Assembly (NCBI GenBank): GCA_040767085.1 | Contig: JAXGPF010000003.1 | Location: 547,572-611,571 of the forward strand | DNA: 64,000 bases | DNA from: Kiritimatiellia bacterium | GTDB lineage: Bacteria > Verrucomicrobiota > Kiritimatiellia > JAAZAB01 | Reading direction: 5' to 3' | Shown here: one piece after another, positions 1 through 9,798 of the stretch | Position numbering within the stretch: position 1 is the stretch's first letter | Layout of the letters: each line of letters starts with the position of its first letter | Program-made: the position numbers and the translations under genes | Notes under the pieces: generated by a model | The model's input: only the letters and a program-made list of their open reading frames with translations | Told to the model about the DNA's origin: nothing | Databases searched by the model: none

Positions 1-524
1 CCACGCCATGTTCGGGGCAATTTACCCGGCGCGGACTATAATGCAAAAAAGCCGGCACATTCAAAATGGGCACAAACGCCCATATCCGTTCAGGCAGAGT
101 GTCGTATGTCGCCAGCGGTCGCCCGCAACGCGAGCAGCATGCCGCGCGTTGGCGATGCGGACGAATGCTTATATCCACTTTCCATTGGCCGCGACGATCC
201 AAAACCATACAAGTTTCCTGATAAATAAAACGTTTCAAAGGTTGCAAACGATTCAAAATTGTTTTAAGTTTCACCTTGGGCTGGTCCTCCTTTTTTTGTG
301 TTCACCCATTGCATACGCAATGGATTACGGAAAGGCCAGCCTATTTTTTTGCCGCCGCTTTATCTCCGTTCCGCCATCGCGCCAATCAGGAGTTATTAAT
401 CAGGCTGCTGCGGGGCCGCCAAACGCCCAAAGCGGCAGGCTGTTAATAACTCCACCATCTTTTGGCGCCATTGCTTGGAGAACTTCTTAAACTTTAAAAC
501 CTGTTTTTTACCCACAAATTCTGG

Positions 525-3074
525 TTAGGAGCCCTCCAGTTTTACATTGCCCAAGGGCTGGCGGTCGAGTTTAAAATAAGCTTTCACCCGCGATTCGGGC
601 GAGCTCCGGCGGCGGAGCACTGCTGCCGGATGCCCCTGGTATTGCGCGTAATGCGTCGAGCCCAGCCAGGCCTTGGCCGGCAATTCAAGGCCGCACTCGA
701 TGGCTTCCTGCAAATAAACCCGGGTTTTCAATGCCTTAACCGGATCGGCCAGAAAATCATCTATTTTCCTGTCGTTAAACCAGGTATATGGACCGCGATC
801 GAAATCCAGCGTACCGGTCGTCTGGTACAGCCACTCGGAAAACGGCACCCGCCAGCCGGCATACGGCTCGCGGCATTTACGCGCCAGCTTGACCAGTTCC
901 GCCAGCTTCAGGGCATAATCCTCGAACAAATCGTCCGGGATGGCGGGATGAACGGCGTTAAATTCGTTGATGTAAGTATATAACACCTTGTATTTTTCCG
1001 TGTGAATTTTCATCAATGCCAGGTCGTCGTTCCCGGCGGCGGCTTCCGCCCGCGACAGTAAATCCAGCGCCCGGCCGGCGTATGCCAGCGGTACCCGCCG
1101 GAACCGGTGCACATTGGCTTCCCGGTACACCCGCCACTTGGATGGATCGGCCACGCATTGCCGGACCAGATCATGGTGCATATCGAAATATTCGCGCATC
1201 AATGGCGCCGCGCCGCCGTAGAGCAGCGGCATGATTTCATCTATCATGGTTTCCAGGTCGGCGTCCGGACTCCAGATCAGCCGGCCGGTGGTGTAAAGCG
1301 TCACTTCCGGGAAATCGCCCCGCAGCCCGCAATGGTGGAATCCGCGAATGCCTTTGGCCGCCGCCAGTTTCAGTTTTGCGGCATTCTCATAAGTGTTTAC
1401 CGGGTACAGGAAAAGTGTCAGATTGGTTCCGGTAAACGCATTCCAATCATCCAGCAATCGCATGCCGCGCTGGTTCTGCGGGCAGTCGGCCGCCTCCCAC
1501 ACCGGCCAGGATGAGCCCCAGAAGGCGTATTGGATGGCCACATTCGGGTGCAGTTTTTCGCGCAACGGCAAATCTTCGCGGCCTTTACCATAGGCCAGGA
1601 TGACAAGCTTGCGGTCGGGATGCTTGCGGCTGGTGATTGCCGCAATGGCATTGGCATAGGCAATCAGCCGGTCGGTCAGGATTTCCTTGTCAGCATCCAG
1701 CGCCGTGCATAAGTCGCATTCGCACCAGCCCGTGCCGTCGCCCTGGCCGATGCCGAAATATTTTGTATGCGGATACATATCCATCAGGCGCCCGATCCGT
1801 TCCGCGGCAACTTTTTGGAGATCGGGGTTCCCCAGGCATAAATTAAGGTAGCCCCAGCTTTGTTCCAACTGCTTGTACGGGCCATCCACGACACGCCGGC
1901 CTTTCACCATGGCGTAATACTCGGGATGGTTCGTCGCATACAAATACGGCGGGGCCAGGAACAGCGGCGGATGTACCCAGCCGACCGCGGCGGCATCGGC
2001 CTTTTCACTCGGCGCCACGGTTGAATCGGGATGGAGATACCCGTATTTCCAGGCCGCAAATGTTTGATTTTGATCAAGCGGGCCGGTGGTCCACTCGAAG
2101 GCCGGCTGCCGGGCAAGATCCATGGCCGGAATTTTCAATTCCCGGTTCTTTTTTACCGTAAAAAACTTCGGCGCGTAAAATTTTACGCCGCACAATTCCG
2201 ATAAATGCAGCGCGCCGGCCAGCACGCCCGCGTCGTTCCCGCCGGTCAAATCCAGGTTGCCGCCGCCGCAGACAATGCGGAATCCGTTGGCTTCCGGCGC
2301 GCCGCCCGGCGCCGGAAGAACCGGCTGATCCGGAATAGTTTTTTGCAGGTTGGCGATGCGCAGCCAGCCCTGGCCGTCCGCGGCCTCACTGCCGGTAAAG
2401 ACCGGCAAGACCGCTCCCGACGCCAGGTAGGCATTGACCCGCAATTCATGCGCGGCCAGCGTTTCCGCCCAACCGGGAGCATCCGGCAGCCGAATGCCGC
2501 GCGCCGGGATGTATTGGCCTTGATCGCCGATCAATATCCGCCCAGCCGCGTCCGGTTGGAGCGCCGCGGCGATTTTAAAGCCGCTGACGGACAGTTTTAC
2601 GCCCTTGGGAACATGTATTTTGATACAAAACCCGTAATGATCCTCCGGCTTTACATCGGCCGAAAGTTCCTCCCACTCGTCCAGTTTCCGGTTGACCAGG
2701 CTGGTATCGCGGCTGCCCCCGCTGCTTCTGTTACGGACGCGCATCGCCACATAGGCGCCTTTGCCGCCCTCGGTTTTCATGCGGCAGGAAAATTTATAAG
2801 CCGGGGTGACGTCATCCCACATGTCAAACTGCATCAAGTCGGCCGGACCTTCGATCACAATGCCATTTTCCATGAACGCCAAACGCCCCCGGCCGGCCTC
2901 CAGAATATTGGTCGCCTGCGCATAATAATTCCAATCCGCCGGCGATTGAAATTCGCCGGGCTCAAACCCGGCATTGCGCACCAGGTTGATTTCATATGCC
3001 ACCGGTTCCGCGCCCAGCGTCCCCGCCAGGCAAATCATTACCAACAGACAGGCTGTTATTCGTGTCATTTTCAT
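525..3074 (-). CDS. Secreted DUF4838-like (putative glycoside hydrolase/CAZyme) protein with N-terminal CBM-like domain; C-terminus possibly truncated
   Basis: Start reassigned to ATG 3074 (CAGGAG RBS upstream). Signal peptide MKMTRITACLLVMICLAG. NLVRNAGFE CBM-like start, then DUF4838-type motifs HPEYYAMVKGRR, LCLGNPDL, GQGDGTGWCECDLC. Confidence 0.7.
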   Translation of the reverse strand: MKMTRITACLLVMICLAGTLGAEPVAYEINLVRNAGFEPGEFQSPADWNYYAQATNILEAGRGRLAFMENGIVIEGPADLMQFDMWDDVTPAYKFSCRMKTEGGKGAYVAMRVRNRSSGGSRDTSLVNRKLDEWEELSADVKPEDHYGFCIKIHVPKGVKLSVSGFKIAAALQPDAAGRILIGDQGQYIPARGIRLPDAPGWAETLAAHELRVNAYLASGAVLPVFTGSEAADGQGWLRIANLQKTIPDQPVLPAPGGAPEANGFRIVCGGGNLDLTGGNDAGVLAGALHLSELCGVKFYAPKFFTVKKNRELKIPAMDLARQPAFEWTTGPLDQNQTFAAWKYGYLHPDSTVAPSEKADAAAVGWVHPPLFLAPPYLYATNHPEYYAMVKGRRVVDGPYKQLEQSWGYLNLCLGNPDLQKVAAERIGRLMDMYPHTKYFGIGQGDGTGWCECDLCTALDADKEILTDRLIAYANAIAAITSRKHPDRKLVILAYGKGREDLPLREKLHPNVAIQYAFWGSSWPVWEAADCPQNQRGMRLLDDWNAFTGTNLTLFLYPVNTYENAAKLKLAAAKGIRGFHHCGLRGDFPEVTLYTTGRLIWSPDADLETMIDEIMPLLYGGAAPLMREYFDMHHDLVRQCVADPSKWRVYREANVHRFRRVPLAYAGRALDLLSRAEAAAGNDDLALMKIHTEKYKVLYTYINEFNAVHPAIPDDLFEDYALKLAELVKLARKCREPYAGWRVPFSEWLYQTTGTLDFDRGPYTWFNDRKIDDFLADPVKALKTRVYLQEAIECGLELPAKAWLGSTHYAQYQGHPAAVLRRRSSPESRVKAYFKLDRQPLGNVKLEGS

Positions 3075-3174
3075 CTCCTGGTTGAAGTGATCCTGCTTGT
3101 GCTTCCACTTTTCTTCTGCTTGTCCTTCGCGATCTTTGCGGTTAAATATTTTCGGCATCACTCTTTTATGGCGC

Positions 3175-4287
3175 TTACATCTGACTCCAAGGGTAAACAA
3201 TGCGCATCAGTTCCCCGCCCTTGCGCGCCGACTCGGCCGCATAAATTCCGGGCAGGGTCATCCGTAAACCTTCCCGGAGGCTGATCGGCGATGGCCCCCC
3301 AGCGCGGACAGCCTCGATGAACAGCTTCCACATGTAATAATCAATCCCGCCATGGCCCAGGTTCTTCCGGGCGGCAAATTCCGGGCGGGTATCGTCAGTC
3401 GGCAATTCCATCCAATTATTGTAGCCGTAAAGGTCGGTGGAGTAGAAGAGCGTCCGCGGCCCTTCCGCCGGCTCCTTACGGAACGTGCGATAATTCGGCG
3501 TACGCTCGAAACACCCCTTGGTGGTGAAAAACCGGTAACTGTGATGTCCGCCCCGATAGTTGTTGATGAAGGATGTCAGCAACCGTACCACCACGTTTTT
3601 TTTGGTCCGGAACAACGCGGCCATGGCGTCATGCTGGCCCTCCTGCCGATTGACATGGCTGCCGGTGTCGAAACAGGAGACCCATTCCAAGTCTTCATCA
3701 ATCAGCCGTAACACCGGCCCCAATGAATGGGTGCAGTAGCGGATGGGTTCCATGTTGGCGCGCCAGGGCGTATCCTTCCACAAGCCGCGGCAGTCATGGA
3801 TATAGGCCGCCTCGATGTAATAAGCCTCGCCGAACAAGCCGCGTTTTTTCAAATCCACGGCGGTGTCAATAAATCCCGCCAGGTTGGCATTGGCGCCGGT
3901 CATGTAAAACGCCCGGCTCTGCTGCTGCGCCGCCCAGAGCGCGGCGGCTTCCTCCGCCGTATGCACGCAGGGAATGTCCGAAAGCACGTGAATGTTTTTA
4001 TTCAACGCCTTGACGGCAAAATCCGCGTGCAAGTACGATGGGGTTTCGATCAGCAGCGCGTCCATGGGGACTTCCGCGAGCATTCGATCGAAATCGGCAA
4101 AGTGCTTGGCATCCGGGAAATCCTTACGCGCAACTTCCAACGAATGCGGCGTAGTCTCACAGATCGCGGCGGCGGTTACCCCTTCGAAATTTTGCGTGGC
4201 CATTTTCAACAGGCAACTGCCGCGCCCGATGTTCTTCTCCGGATTCGACCCGTATCCCACCAGTCCCAATTTGATAGCCTTGGTCAT
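3175..4287 (-). CDS. Gfo/Idh/MocA-family NAD-dependent oxidoreductase (GH109-like)
   Basis: Rossmann start KLGLVGYG, ETPSYLH, HVLSDIP, YCTHSLGP and GHGGIDY motifs. Confidence 0.8.
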   Translation of the reverse strand: MTKAIKLGLVGYGSNPEKNIGRGSCLLKMATQNFEGVTAAAICETTPHSLEVARKDFPDAKHFADFDRMLAEVPMDALLIETPSYLHADFAVKALNKNIHVLSDIPCVHTAEEAAALWAAQQQSRAFYMTGANANLAGFIDTAVDLKKRGLFGEAYYIEAAYIHDCRGLWKDTPWRANMEPIRYCTHSLGPVLRLIDEDLEWVSCFDTGSHVNRQEGQHDAMAALFRTKKNVVVRLLTSFINNYRGGHHSYRFFTTKGCFERTPNYRTFRKEPAEGPRTLFYSTDLYGYNNWMELPTDDTRPEFAARKNLGHGGIDYYMWKLFIEAVRAGGPSPISLREGLRMTLPGIYAAESARKGGELMRIVYPWSQM

Positions 4288-4502
4288 AATTCACGCCCCT
4301 GTATATTTAACCGCTTCCAATGCATCCAGCATTAATTATCCACGACTCTTCCCTGAATATCCCCGATCCATCCGCCCATCCGGCTCCGTGGTAAAAAATC
4401 CGCAAACCGATTCTGCCGTCAATGCGGTCCTGCCATGTTGCCGGAATAAATCCTGAATTCCTGTTACTATTCTTTTCATCATAGTCACGATAAATTAAAT
4501 GG

Positions 4503-5863
4503 GCCGCTTCCGGGTTTTGTGTGGGTAGCCCCCATATGTAGTGGTGTCAGCATGCGAAAAGGCGGATCATTGGAGACGCGGGCGCTTTCGGCATGAGATC
4601 GAGTCCTCCACAATGAAAATAAATGGCTTTTTTATAGTGATCCCGGTTGCGGAAACCGCAGGCCATCCGTTTGACCTTTTCTATCTTGCTATTAAGGCTT
4701 TCGCCCATGGCGTTGGTAACGCGGAGTTTGGCAAAGGTGACGATGTTAGCCATATGTGCCATCAAGGTCTTCGCCGCCTTGACCATAGCAGGCAACCGGG
4801 AGTGTGTTGCCCAGTGATACCACCGCTTAAAGAACTTCCGCGCCCAGGCCACCGAACGATACGACCACAGATGCCGCAGATTCTCCTTGATCGCCCACGC
4901 CCGGCAAACCTTCAAATCTTGGGATTTGAGTTGTTCGAACTCCACACGACGCCAATCGGGAATATTTTCTTCATTCCAAAGCCAAAGATACTTCGTGTGT
5001 TTCAAATCCTCTCGGCCCACTTGCATCAATTGCCGGTGTTCGATCTTGCGAACCTCGTCGACTGCCTTGGAAACATAGGCTGTCACATGGTATCGATCAA
5101 AGACGATCTTCTGGTGGGCAGCGGAAATCCAAGCGCGTGTCGCCGCGATGTACGGATCCCACATGTCCATGGCCACGGCTTCCACCGCCGCGCGCTCTTC
5201 CAGCGTGAACTGTTTGTAATATCCTTCCAAGCTTCCCTGCTCCCGATTGTCGGCCACATATTCCACCGTCGCTTGCTCCAAATCATAGACCAGCGTCTCG
5301 TACTTGTGGCCTTTTGCAAACGATTTCTCGTCCACCCCGATCCGTGCCGGCAACTTATGTTCCTTGCGATCCCAGCCGCGCGCTACACCACGTTCCACCA
5401 CCGCCCACGCCTGCTCCCAGCTAATCCCCGTCAATCGACTAGCTCCACTCAAGCTGCATTCCTCAAGCACTGTAATAATCTGTCGTTCAAAGGCATATGT
5501 CATCGGCGAACCATTCTCGCCAAACTCCGAAAGAATCTGCTTAACCCCGTGCCGAGCGCACTGCGCACGCGGCAGTCGCACATGCACATACGTCGCCATT
5601 TCACAACTGTTAAGATGCCGATATTCGCGTTCCGCCGTGTGGTCGTACACTGGCCCAAATTGCCCACATTCCGGACAGGCCACTTGCACTCCCGGTTCAT
5701 GCTTAACCCATACGTCCACACGACGGGCACTCTCGTTCACCTCAACCCGACTAACCAACCAAGGCCCTCGCAATCCCAACAATTTCGCGTATAATGTATT
5801 TGCATTCATTCACCACTATTACCACAACCTGTAGGGGGTGCCCATTCAAAAGTCTGAAGCCCC
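4503..5863. mobile_element. ISL3-family insertion sequence, 1361 bp
   Basis: Imperfect ~30-bp terminal IRs (GCCGCTTCCGGGTTTTGTGTGGGTAGCCCC vs GGGGCTTCAGACTTTTGAATGGGCACCCCC). Flanked by 8-bp direct repeat TTAAATGG at 4495-4502 and 5864-5871. Encodes an ISL3 transposase. Confidence 0.92.
4547..5809 (-). CDS. ISL3-family transposase
   Basis: Zinc finger CPECG, IGVDEKSFAKGHKY, AVAMDMWDPY, IVFDRYHV, TNAMGESLNSKI, GFRN motifs; uninterrupted 420 aa. Confidence 0.95.
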   Translation of the reverse strand: MNANTLYAKLLGLRGPWLVSRVEVNESARRVDVWVKHEPGVQVACPECGQFGPVYDHTAEREYRHLNSCEMATYVHVRLPRAQCARHGVKQILSEFGENGSPMTYAFERQIITVLEECSLSGASRLTGISWEQAWAVVERGVARGWDRKEHKLPARIGVDEKSFAKGHKYETLVYDLEQATVEYVADNREQGSLEGYYKQFTLEERAAVEAVAMDMWDPYIAATRAWISAAHQKIVFDRYHVTAYVSKAVDEVRKIEHRQLMQVGREDLKHTKYLWLWNEENIPDWRRVEFEQLKSQDLKVCRAWAIKENLRHLWSYRSVAWARKFFKRWYHWATHSRLPAMVKAAKTLMAHMANIVTFAKLRVTNAMGESLNSKIEKVKRMACGFRNRDHYKKAIYFHCGGLDLMPKAPASPMIRLFAC

Positions 5864-5928
5864 TTAAATGGTTAATAGGCCGGCCAGGTTCTGCGCGCCG
5901 TTTGGGAATAATCATTGCGTCCATTTAA

Positions 5929-6000
5929 TCCGGATGCCGAACGCCGTTCGGCCACTACATTTCCGGATGCCGAACGCCGTTCGGCCACTACATTTCCGGT
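5929..6000 (-). repeat. Tandem REP-like palindrome, 2 x 33 bp
   Basis: TCCGGATGCCGAACGCCGTTCGGCCACTACATT repeated exactly. Its reverse complement reads GTAG-TG-GCCGAAC-GGC-GTTCGGC, the same family as 13020-13122. Confidence 0.85.
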
Positions 6001-6167
6001 TGTAGTAGCGTCACGGTGTGACGCATCTGTTCCACTCCCAAGGCGCGCGCCGCGTGGCGCCCTGCCTCGACAAGATTGACCTCAATCAATGTCTATATTA
6101 TTTTGAGATCCTTAGTAATTTTGTCCACCCATTCCGCTTTGCATGGCAGGCCCTGACGATCAAGGCG

Positions 6168-7190
6168 TTAAGACGCACCGCCAAAGAGAAACCGGATGGT
6201 ATTGCGGTTGGTTATCTTGCGCCGGACGGCGGGAGGAAGCTTGCGTAAGAGCCGGATTTCCTCGTCATACGTGCCCTTGTAATTGAATTCCTGCCAGGTG
6301 GTCCGGTTGAGCTTGCGCCGGCAGATGTAGGCATAGGCGGGCGAGTCCGTGCCCCAGACGATTTTTTCGCCGTAATCGGCGCAGATTTTGGCCAGCACGT
6401 CGTGGTGATCGCTGAAATCCGCGTCAATCAAATCCTGTTTGTTGATGGTTTTCCCGGCCCATATCCGGCAGACATCCACCTGGATTTTGAAGGCGGCGGT
6501 ATCAACCCAGACGTTGGGCGCCGCCAAGGCGCGATCCAGCAACGGCTTTGAAAACAAAATGCAATGCGCCAGGCAAAACCGGACATCCGGATGCGCGTCA
6601 ATCACCTTGAAGGCATTGCCGGCATAGGAAAAAACATCGGATACCTGCCCGGAAGTATGCAGCAGTATGGGCCAGTCATGTTCCCGCGCCAACGCCATCA
6701 GGCAGCGGCCTTCCTTCAGCAATGCGGTCACCGGGGCCTGGCAGATCACCGGATTGATCTTGATGCCATATACCGGGTATTTTTTTAACAATTTCTCGAT
6801 ATCGCGAACTTGCGCGCGCGTCTCCCGCAACGGGTCCACGCTGATGAACTGCAGGAAGCGCCGGCTCAATTCCGGGCAGTAGTCAAAAACCTCGCGCAAT
6901 AGCAAAAGATTTTCGACCTGATGCGGCACCGGTGAAATCGCCTTGCGCGCCTTGACATGCCGGCCGGCAATGAGGCCGGGAATGTCAAAATACAAATTTG
7001 AGTTAAACGGGAAAACGATATTGACGTCCACCCCGCCGCTCAATTGCTGGTAATACAAGCCTTCGATTGTCTGGGCGTAGGGATATTCCGCGCGCCCGTA
7101 AGAGCCCAGCGCCACGCCCACATGCGAATGGGCATCAATTACCTTGCCGGTCAAATCCGCCGGTTTTATGCGAACAATCTGGTTGATCAT
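6168..7190 (-). CDS. Amidohydrolase_2-family metallohydrolase
   Basis: IDAHSHVG metal motif, GIKINP, PILLHT, FCLAHC, WVDTAA, WGTDSP; ATG at 7190 with GAGG RBS. Confidence 0.85.
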   Translation of the reverse strand: MINQIVRIKPADLTGKVIDAHSHVGVALGSYGRAEYPYAQTIEGLYYQQLSGGVDVNIVFPFNSNLYFDIPGLIAGRHVKARKAISPVPHQVENLLLLREVFDYCPELSRRFLQFISVDPLRETRAQVRDIEKLLKKYPVYGIKINPVICQAPVTALLKEGRCLMALAREHDWPILLHTSGQVSDVFSYAGNAFKVIDAHPDVRFCLAHCILFSKPLLDRALAAPNVWVDTAAFKIQVDVCRIWAGKTINKQDLIDADFSDHHDVLAKICADYGEKIVWGTDSPAYAYICRRKLNRTTWQEFNYKGTYDEEIRLLRKLPPAVRRKITNRNTIRFLFGGAS

Positions 7191-7215
7191 AAATTGCCTC
7201 TTCACTGATCAATGC

Positions 7216-8358
7216 TTATAACTCCCCATTCCATGGATACTTGATCCGCACCAATTCCCCGCCCTTGCGCGCCGACTCGGCCGCGTAAATGCCCGGCAGG
7301 GTCATCCGCAATCCCTCGCGCAGGCTGATGGGCGACGGCCCATTGGCGCGGACGGCTTTGACGAACACATCCATCATCGCATAGTCCATGCCGCCGTGCC
7401 CTAAATCCTTTTTGGCGGCATATTCCGGGCGCGAGTAGGCGTCAATCGGCAGTTCAATCCAGCTTTTATACCCATAAAGCTCGTTGGAATAAAACAACGT
7501 GCGCTGCTGTGCCGCGTGTTCCGTGCTTTGAAACGTGGTATAACTCGGCGTACGCTCGAAGGCGCCCTTGGTGGTAAAAAAGCTGTAGGTATGCTGGCAG
7601 CCGACGGGCAGGTTATTGATGAACGACACCAGCAGGCGCACCACCACATTGCTCCTGGTGCGCAGCGTGGCGGTCATGGCGTCATGCTGCCCTGCCTCCC
7701 GGTTGATATGGCTCCCGGTATCGAAACAAGACACCCACTCGAAATCCTCATCAATCAATTTCAGCACCGGGCCCAGCGAATGGGTGCAATACTGGATGGG
7801 CAGGCGCGCTTTGGGATCGGGCTTGGGTTTGCGCCAGGGGGTAACTTCCCATAACGAGCGGCAATCATGCAGGTAGGCCGCCTCGGCATAGTAGGGCTCG
7901 CCCAGCAGGCCGCGCTTTTTAAGATCAAGCGCCGCCTCAATCCAGCCGGCCATGTTGGGATTGGCGCCGGCCATGTAAAACGCCTGGCTTTTCGCTTGCG
8001 CCTCCCACAGCCGCCAGGCTTCCCCGGCAGTATCCACGCAGGGAATGTCCGAAAGCACGTGAATATTTTTTTGCAGCGCCTTGACGGCAAAACCGGTGTG
8101 CAGATGCGCGGGGGTTTCGATCATGAGCGCGTCCATCGGAACTTCCGCGAGCATTTGATCAAAATCGGCATAATGTTTGGCGTTGGGAAAATCCTGGCGC
8201 GCAACCTCCAGCGATACCGGGTTGATCTCGCAAATCCCCGCCGCCGACACCCCGTCAAAATTTTTCGCGGCTAATTTCAACAGGCAGCTTCCGCGCCCAA
8301 TACCCTTTGCGGGATCAGCGCCATATCCCACCAGTCCCAGGCGGATTTCTTTGGACAT
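7216..8358 (-). CDS. Gfo/Idh/MocA-family NAD-dependent oxidoreductase (GH109-like), paralog of 3175-4287
   Basis: Same motifs and long identical stretches, e.g. WVSCFDTGSH and SPISLREGLRMTLPGIYAAESARKGGEL; GHGGMDY. Confidence 0.8.
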   Translation of the reverse strand: MSKEIRLGLVGYGADPAKGIGRGSCLLKLAAKNFDGVSAAGICEINPVSLEVARQDFPNAKHYADFDQMLAEVPMDALMIETPAHLHTGFAVKALQKNIHVLSDIPCVDTAGEAWRLWEAQAKSQAFYMAGANPNMAGWIEAALDLKKRGLLGEPYYAEAAYLHDCRSLWEVTPWRKPKPDPKARLPIQYCTHSLGPVLKLIDEDFEWVSCFDTGSHINREAGQHDAMTATLRTRSNVVVRLLVSFINNLPVGCQHTYSFFTTKGAFERTPSYTTFQSTEHAAQQRTLFYSNELYGYKSWIELPIDAYSRPEYAAKKDLGHGGMDYAMMDVFVKAVRANGPSPISLREGLRMTLPGIYAAESARKGGELVRIKYPWNGEL

Positions 8359-8445
8359 ATCATTCCTTTATGATTGAGCCATTGACCGTTCAACTTTTAC
8401 GGATGCGGAGCATTGCCGGCTATCCGCCGGTTTCACGCCATCAAA

Positions 8446-9396
8446 TTACCAGTTAAATTTCGGAAAGGCAAACGGAACGGCGCGGATACCGGAATCAAAG
8501 GTAATGTCCGCCGCCACGGCGCCGGACAGGATCAATTCCGCATTGATGACCTGTAAAATGCTGGCCGGCACCATGGGCGTCACCGGCCCATGCGCCGCCA
8601 GACGCGTGATGAAGCGCTGCCACGGCGCCTTGTTCCAGAAGCTCACCCGCTTGGCGCCGGCCAGATCGCGCGGGCCGATCGTGGCCGCCTTGGGCGGACA
8701 CCACGACCAGTCGCCGGCGGCGCCGGCATCGGGATGCAAGACATTCTGGCAAACCGTGATCGGATGCAAATCCGCAATCCGGGCGCCGGCTTGCAGATAG
8801 GCCTGGATATCATCGCCGAATTCCAGGCCGAGATGCGGCTCGAAGAAGGCGATATGACCGCACCAGCCGATGCCGCCGTAACAGATGTCGGCGCCGCCCA
8901 AATCCTCGATCATCCGGCTGTAATGGTTGACGTTTTCCGTCAGCGGAAAATGAATTTGCTCCTCCGGCATGCGCAATTTCGGGTCAATGCGGTTGAAAAA
9001 ATCCTCCCACATATGATATTGGAATCCCCCGGGCCAGTCGCGCGGCGGGGTCTGGCCGTTTTCATCCGCGAATTCATCCATGTTGAAAGTATGGACATGG
9101 CGGCAGGGAAGGCGCAGGCGGTTGATCATCTCCGCCACCCAGGCGTAATACGGATTGGTGGCCGGCAAGATCATGACATATGATTTTTTCCCTTCATCCA
9201 GGCTGCGCTTGATGCCTGCGACGATGTCCAGCAGGTAGGCAAAATTCAAGGCCTCATCCTGCTCGATCACCTTGATATGAAAATTTTTGTTCGGATGTTT
9301 GCAGATATCCGCGCGCTTGATCGCCCGCACCCGCTCACAGACGGCCTTGTCGCGGAACGGCAAAAATTCAGCCATTGCATATTTGAACCGATCCAT
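8446..9396 (-). CDS. Glucosamine-6-phosphate deaminase/isomerase (NagB)-like protein
   Basis: VHTFNMDEFAD and GGADICYGGIGWCGHIAFFEP (compare NagB GIGxxGHIAFNEP), PPKAATIG. ATG 9396 with GAGGAG RBS. Confidence 0.75.
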   Translation of the reverse strand: MDRFKYAMAEFLPFRDKAVCERVRAIKRADICKHPNKNFHIKVIEQDEALNFAYLLDIVAGIKRSLDEGKKSYVMILPATNPYYAWVAEMINRLRLPCRHVHTFNMDEFADENGQTPPRDWPGGFQYHMWEDFFNRIDPKLRMPEEQIHFPLTENVNHYSRMIEDLGGADICYGGIGWCGHIAFFEPHLGLEFGDDIQAYLQAGARIADLHPITVCQNVLHPDAGAAGDWSWCPPKAATIGPRDLAGAKRVSFWNKAPWQRFITRLAAHGPVTPMVPASILQVINAELILSGAVAADITFDSGIRAVPFAFPKFNW

Positions 9397-9440
9397 TTCC
9401 AATCTCCTCTTTTGTAACCGCGTTATACCAGCCGCTGTCT

Positions 9441-9657
9441 ATGTGTATGTGAGTTTGTGAGTATGTGCGTATATGTTTGTAATTAAGAAAGCACACTTAG
9501 ACAATCATCCTTGTGGGAGCGGCGTTATATTTACACCGCTCCGAGAAGGGCGCCGCGATTCCCGCCAAACCCACACACTCCCACACCCACACACTCCCAC
9601 ACCCACACACTCACATACTCCCATACTCCCACTCCTATACTCCCACACTCACACCCG
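9441..9657. repeat. Inverted pair of short-period (~8 bp) low-complexity repeat tracts
   Basis: Left tract ATGTGAGT/TTGTGAGT/ATGTGCGT (9441-9480). Right tract ACTCCCAC/ACTCACAT/ACTCCCAT (~9569-9657) is its reverse-complement motif. Confidence 0.75.
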
Positions 9658-9798
9658 CATCCTCACGCCAATTCAACCATAAGCCGTCCGAAATTGTCAA
9701 ATGACCATTTGTGCGATTTGTTGGCATTTTGTGCGATTTGTTTTGTTGCCATTTCAAGCGATTTAATAATGGCTGGTACCGGTGGGCGCGGCATCCCA

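Noticed and set aside
8..490. 160-aa ORF
   Set aside because: No recognisable motifs, atypical composition, and it crosses the hairpin region; likely non-coding.
5929..6000. Mini-CRISPR
   Set aside because: Exact tandem duplication without spacers.
3175..8358. DGR-like template/variable repeat between the two oxidoreductase genes
   Set aside because: Similarity spans whole genes with no evident adenine-specific pattern, and there is no reverse transcriptase; ordinary paralogy.
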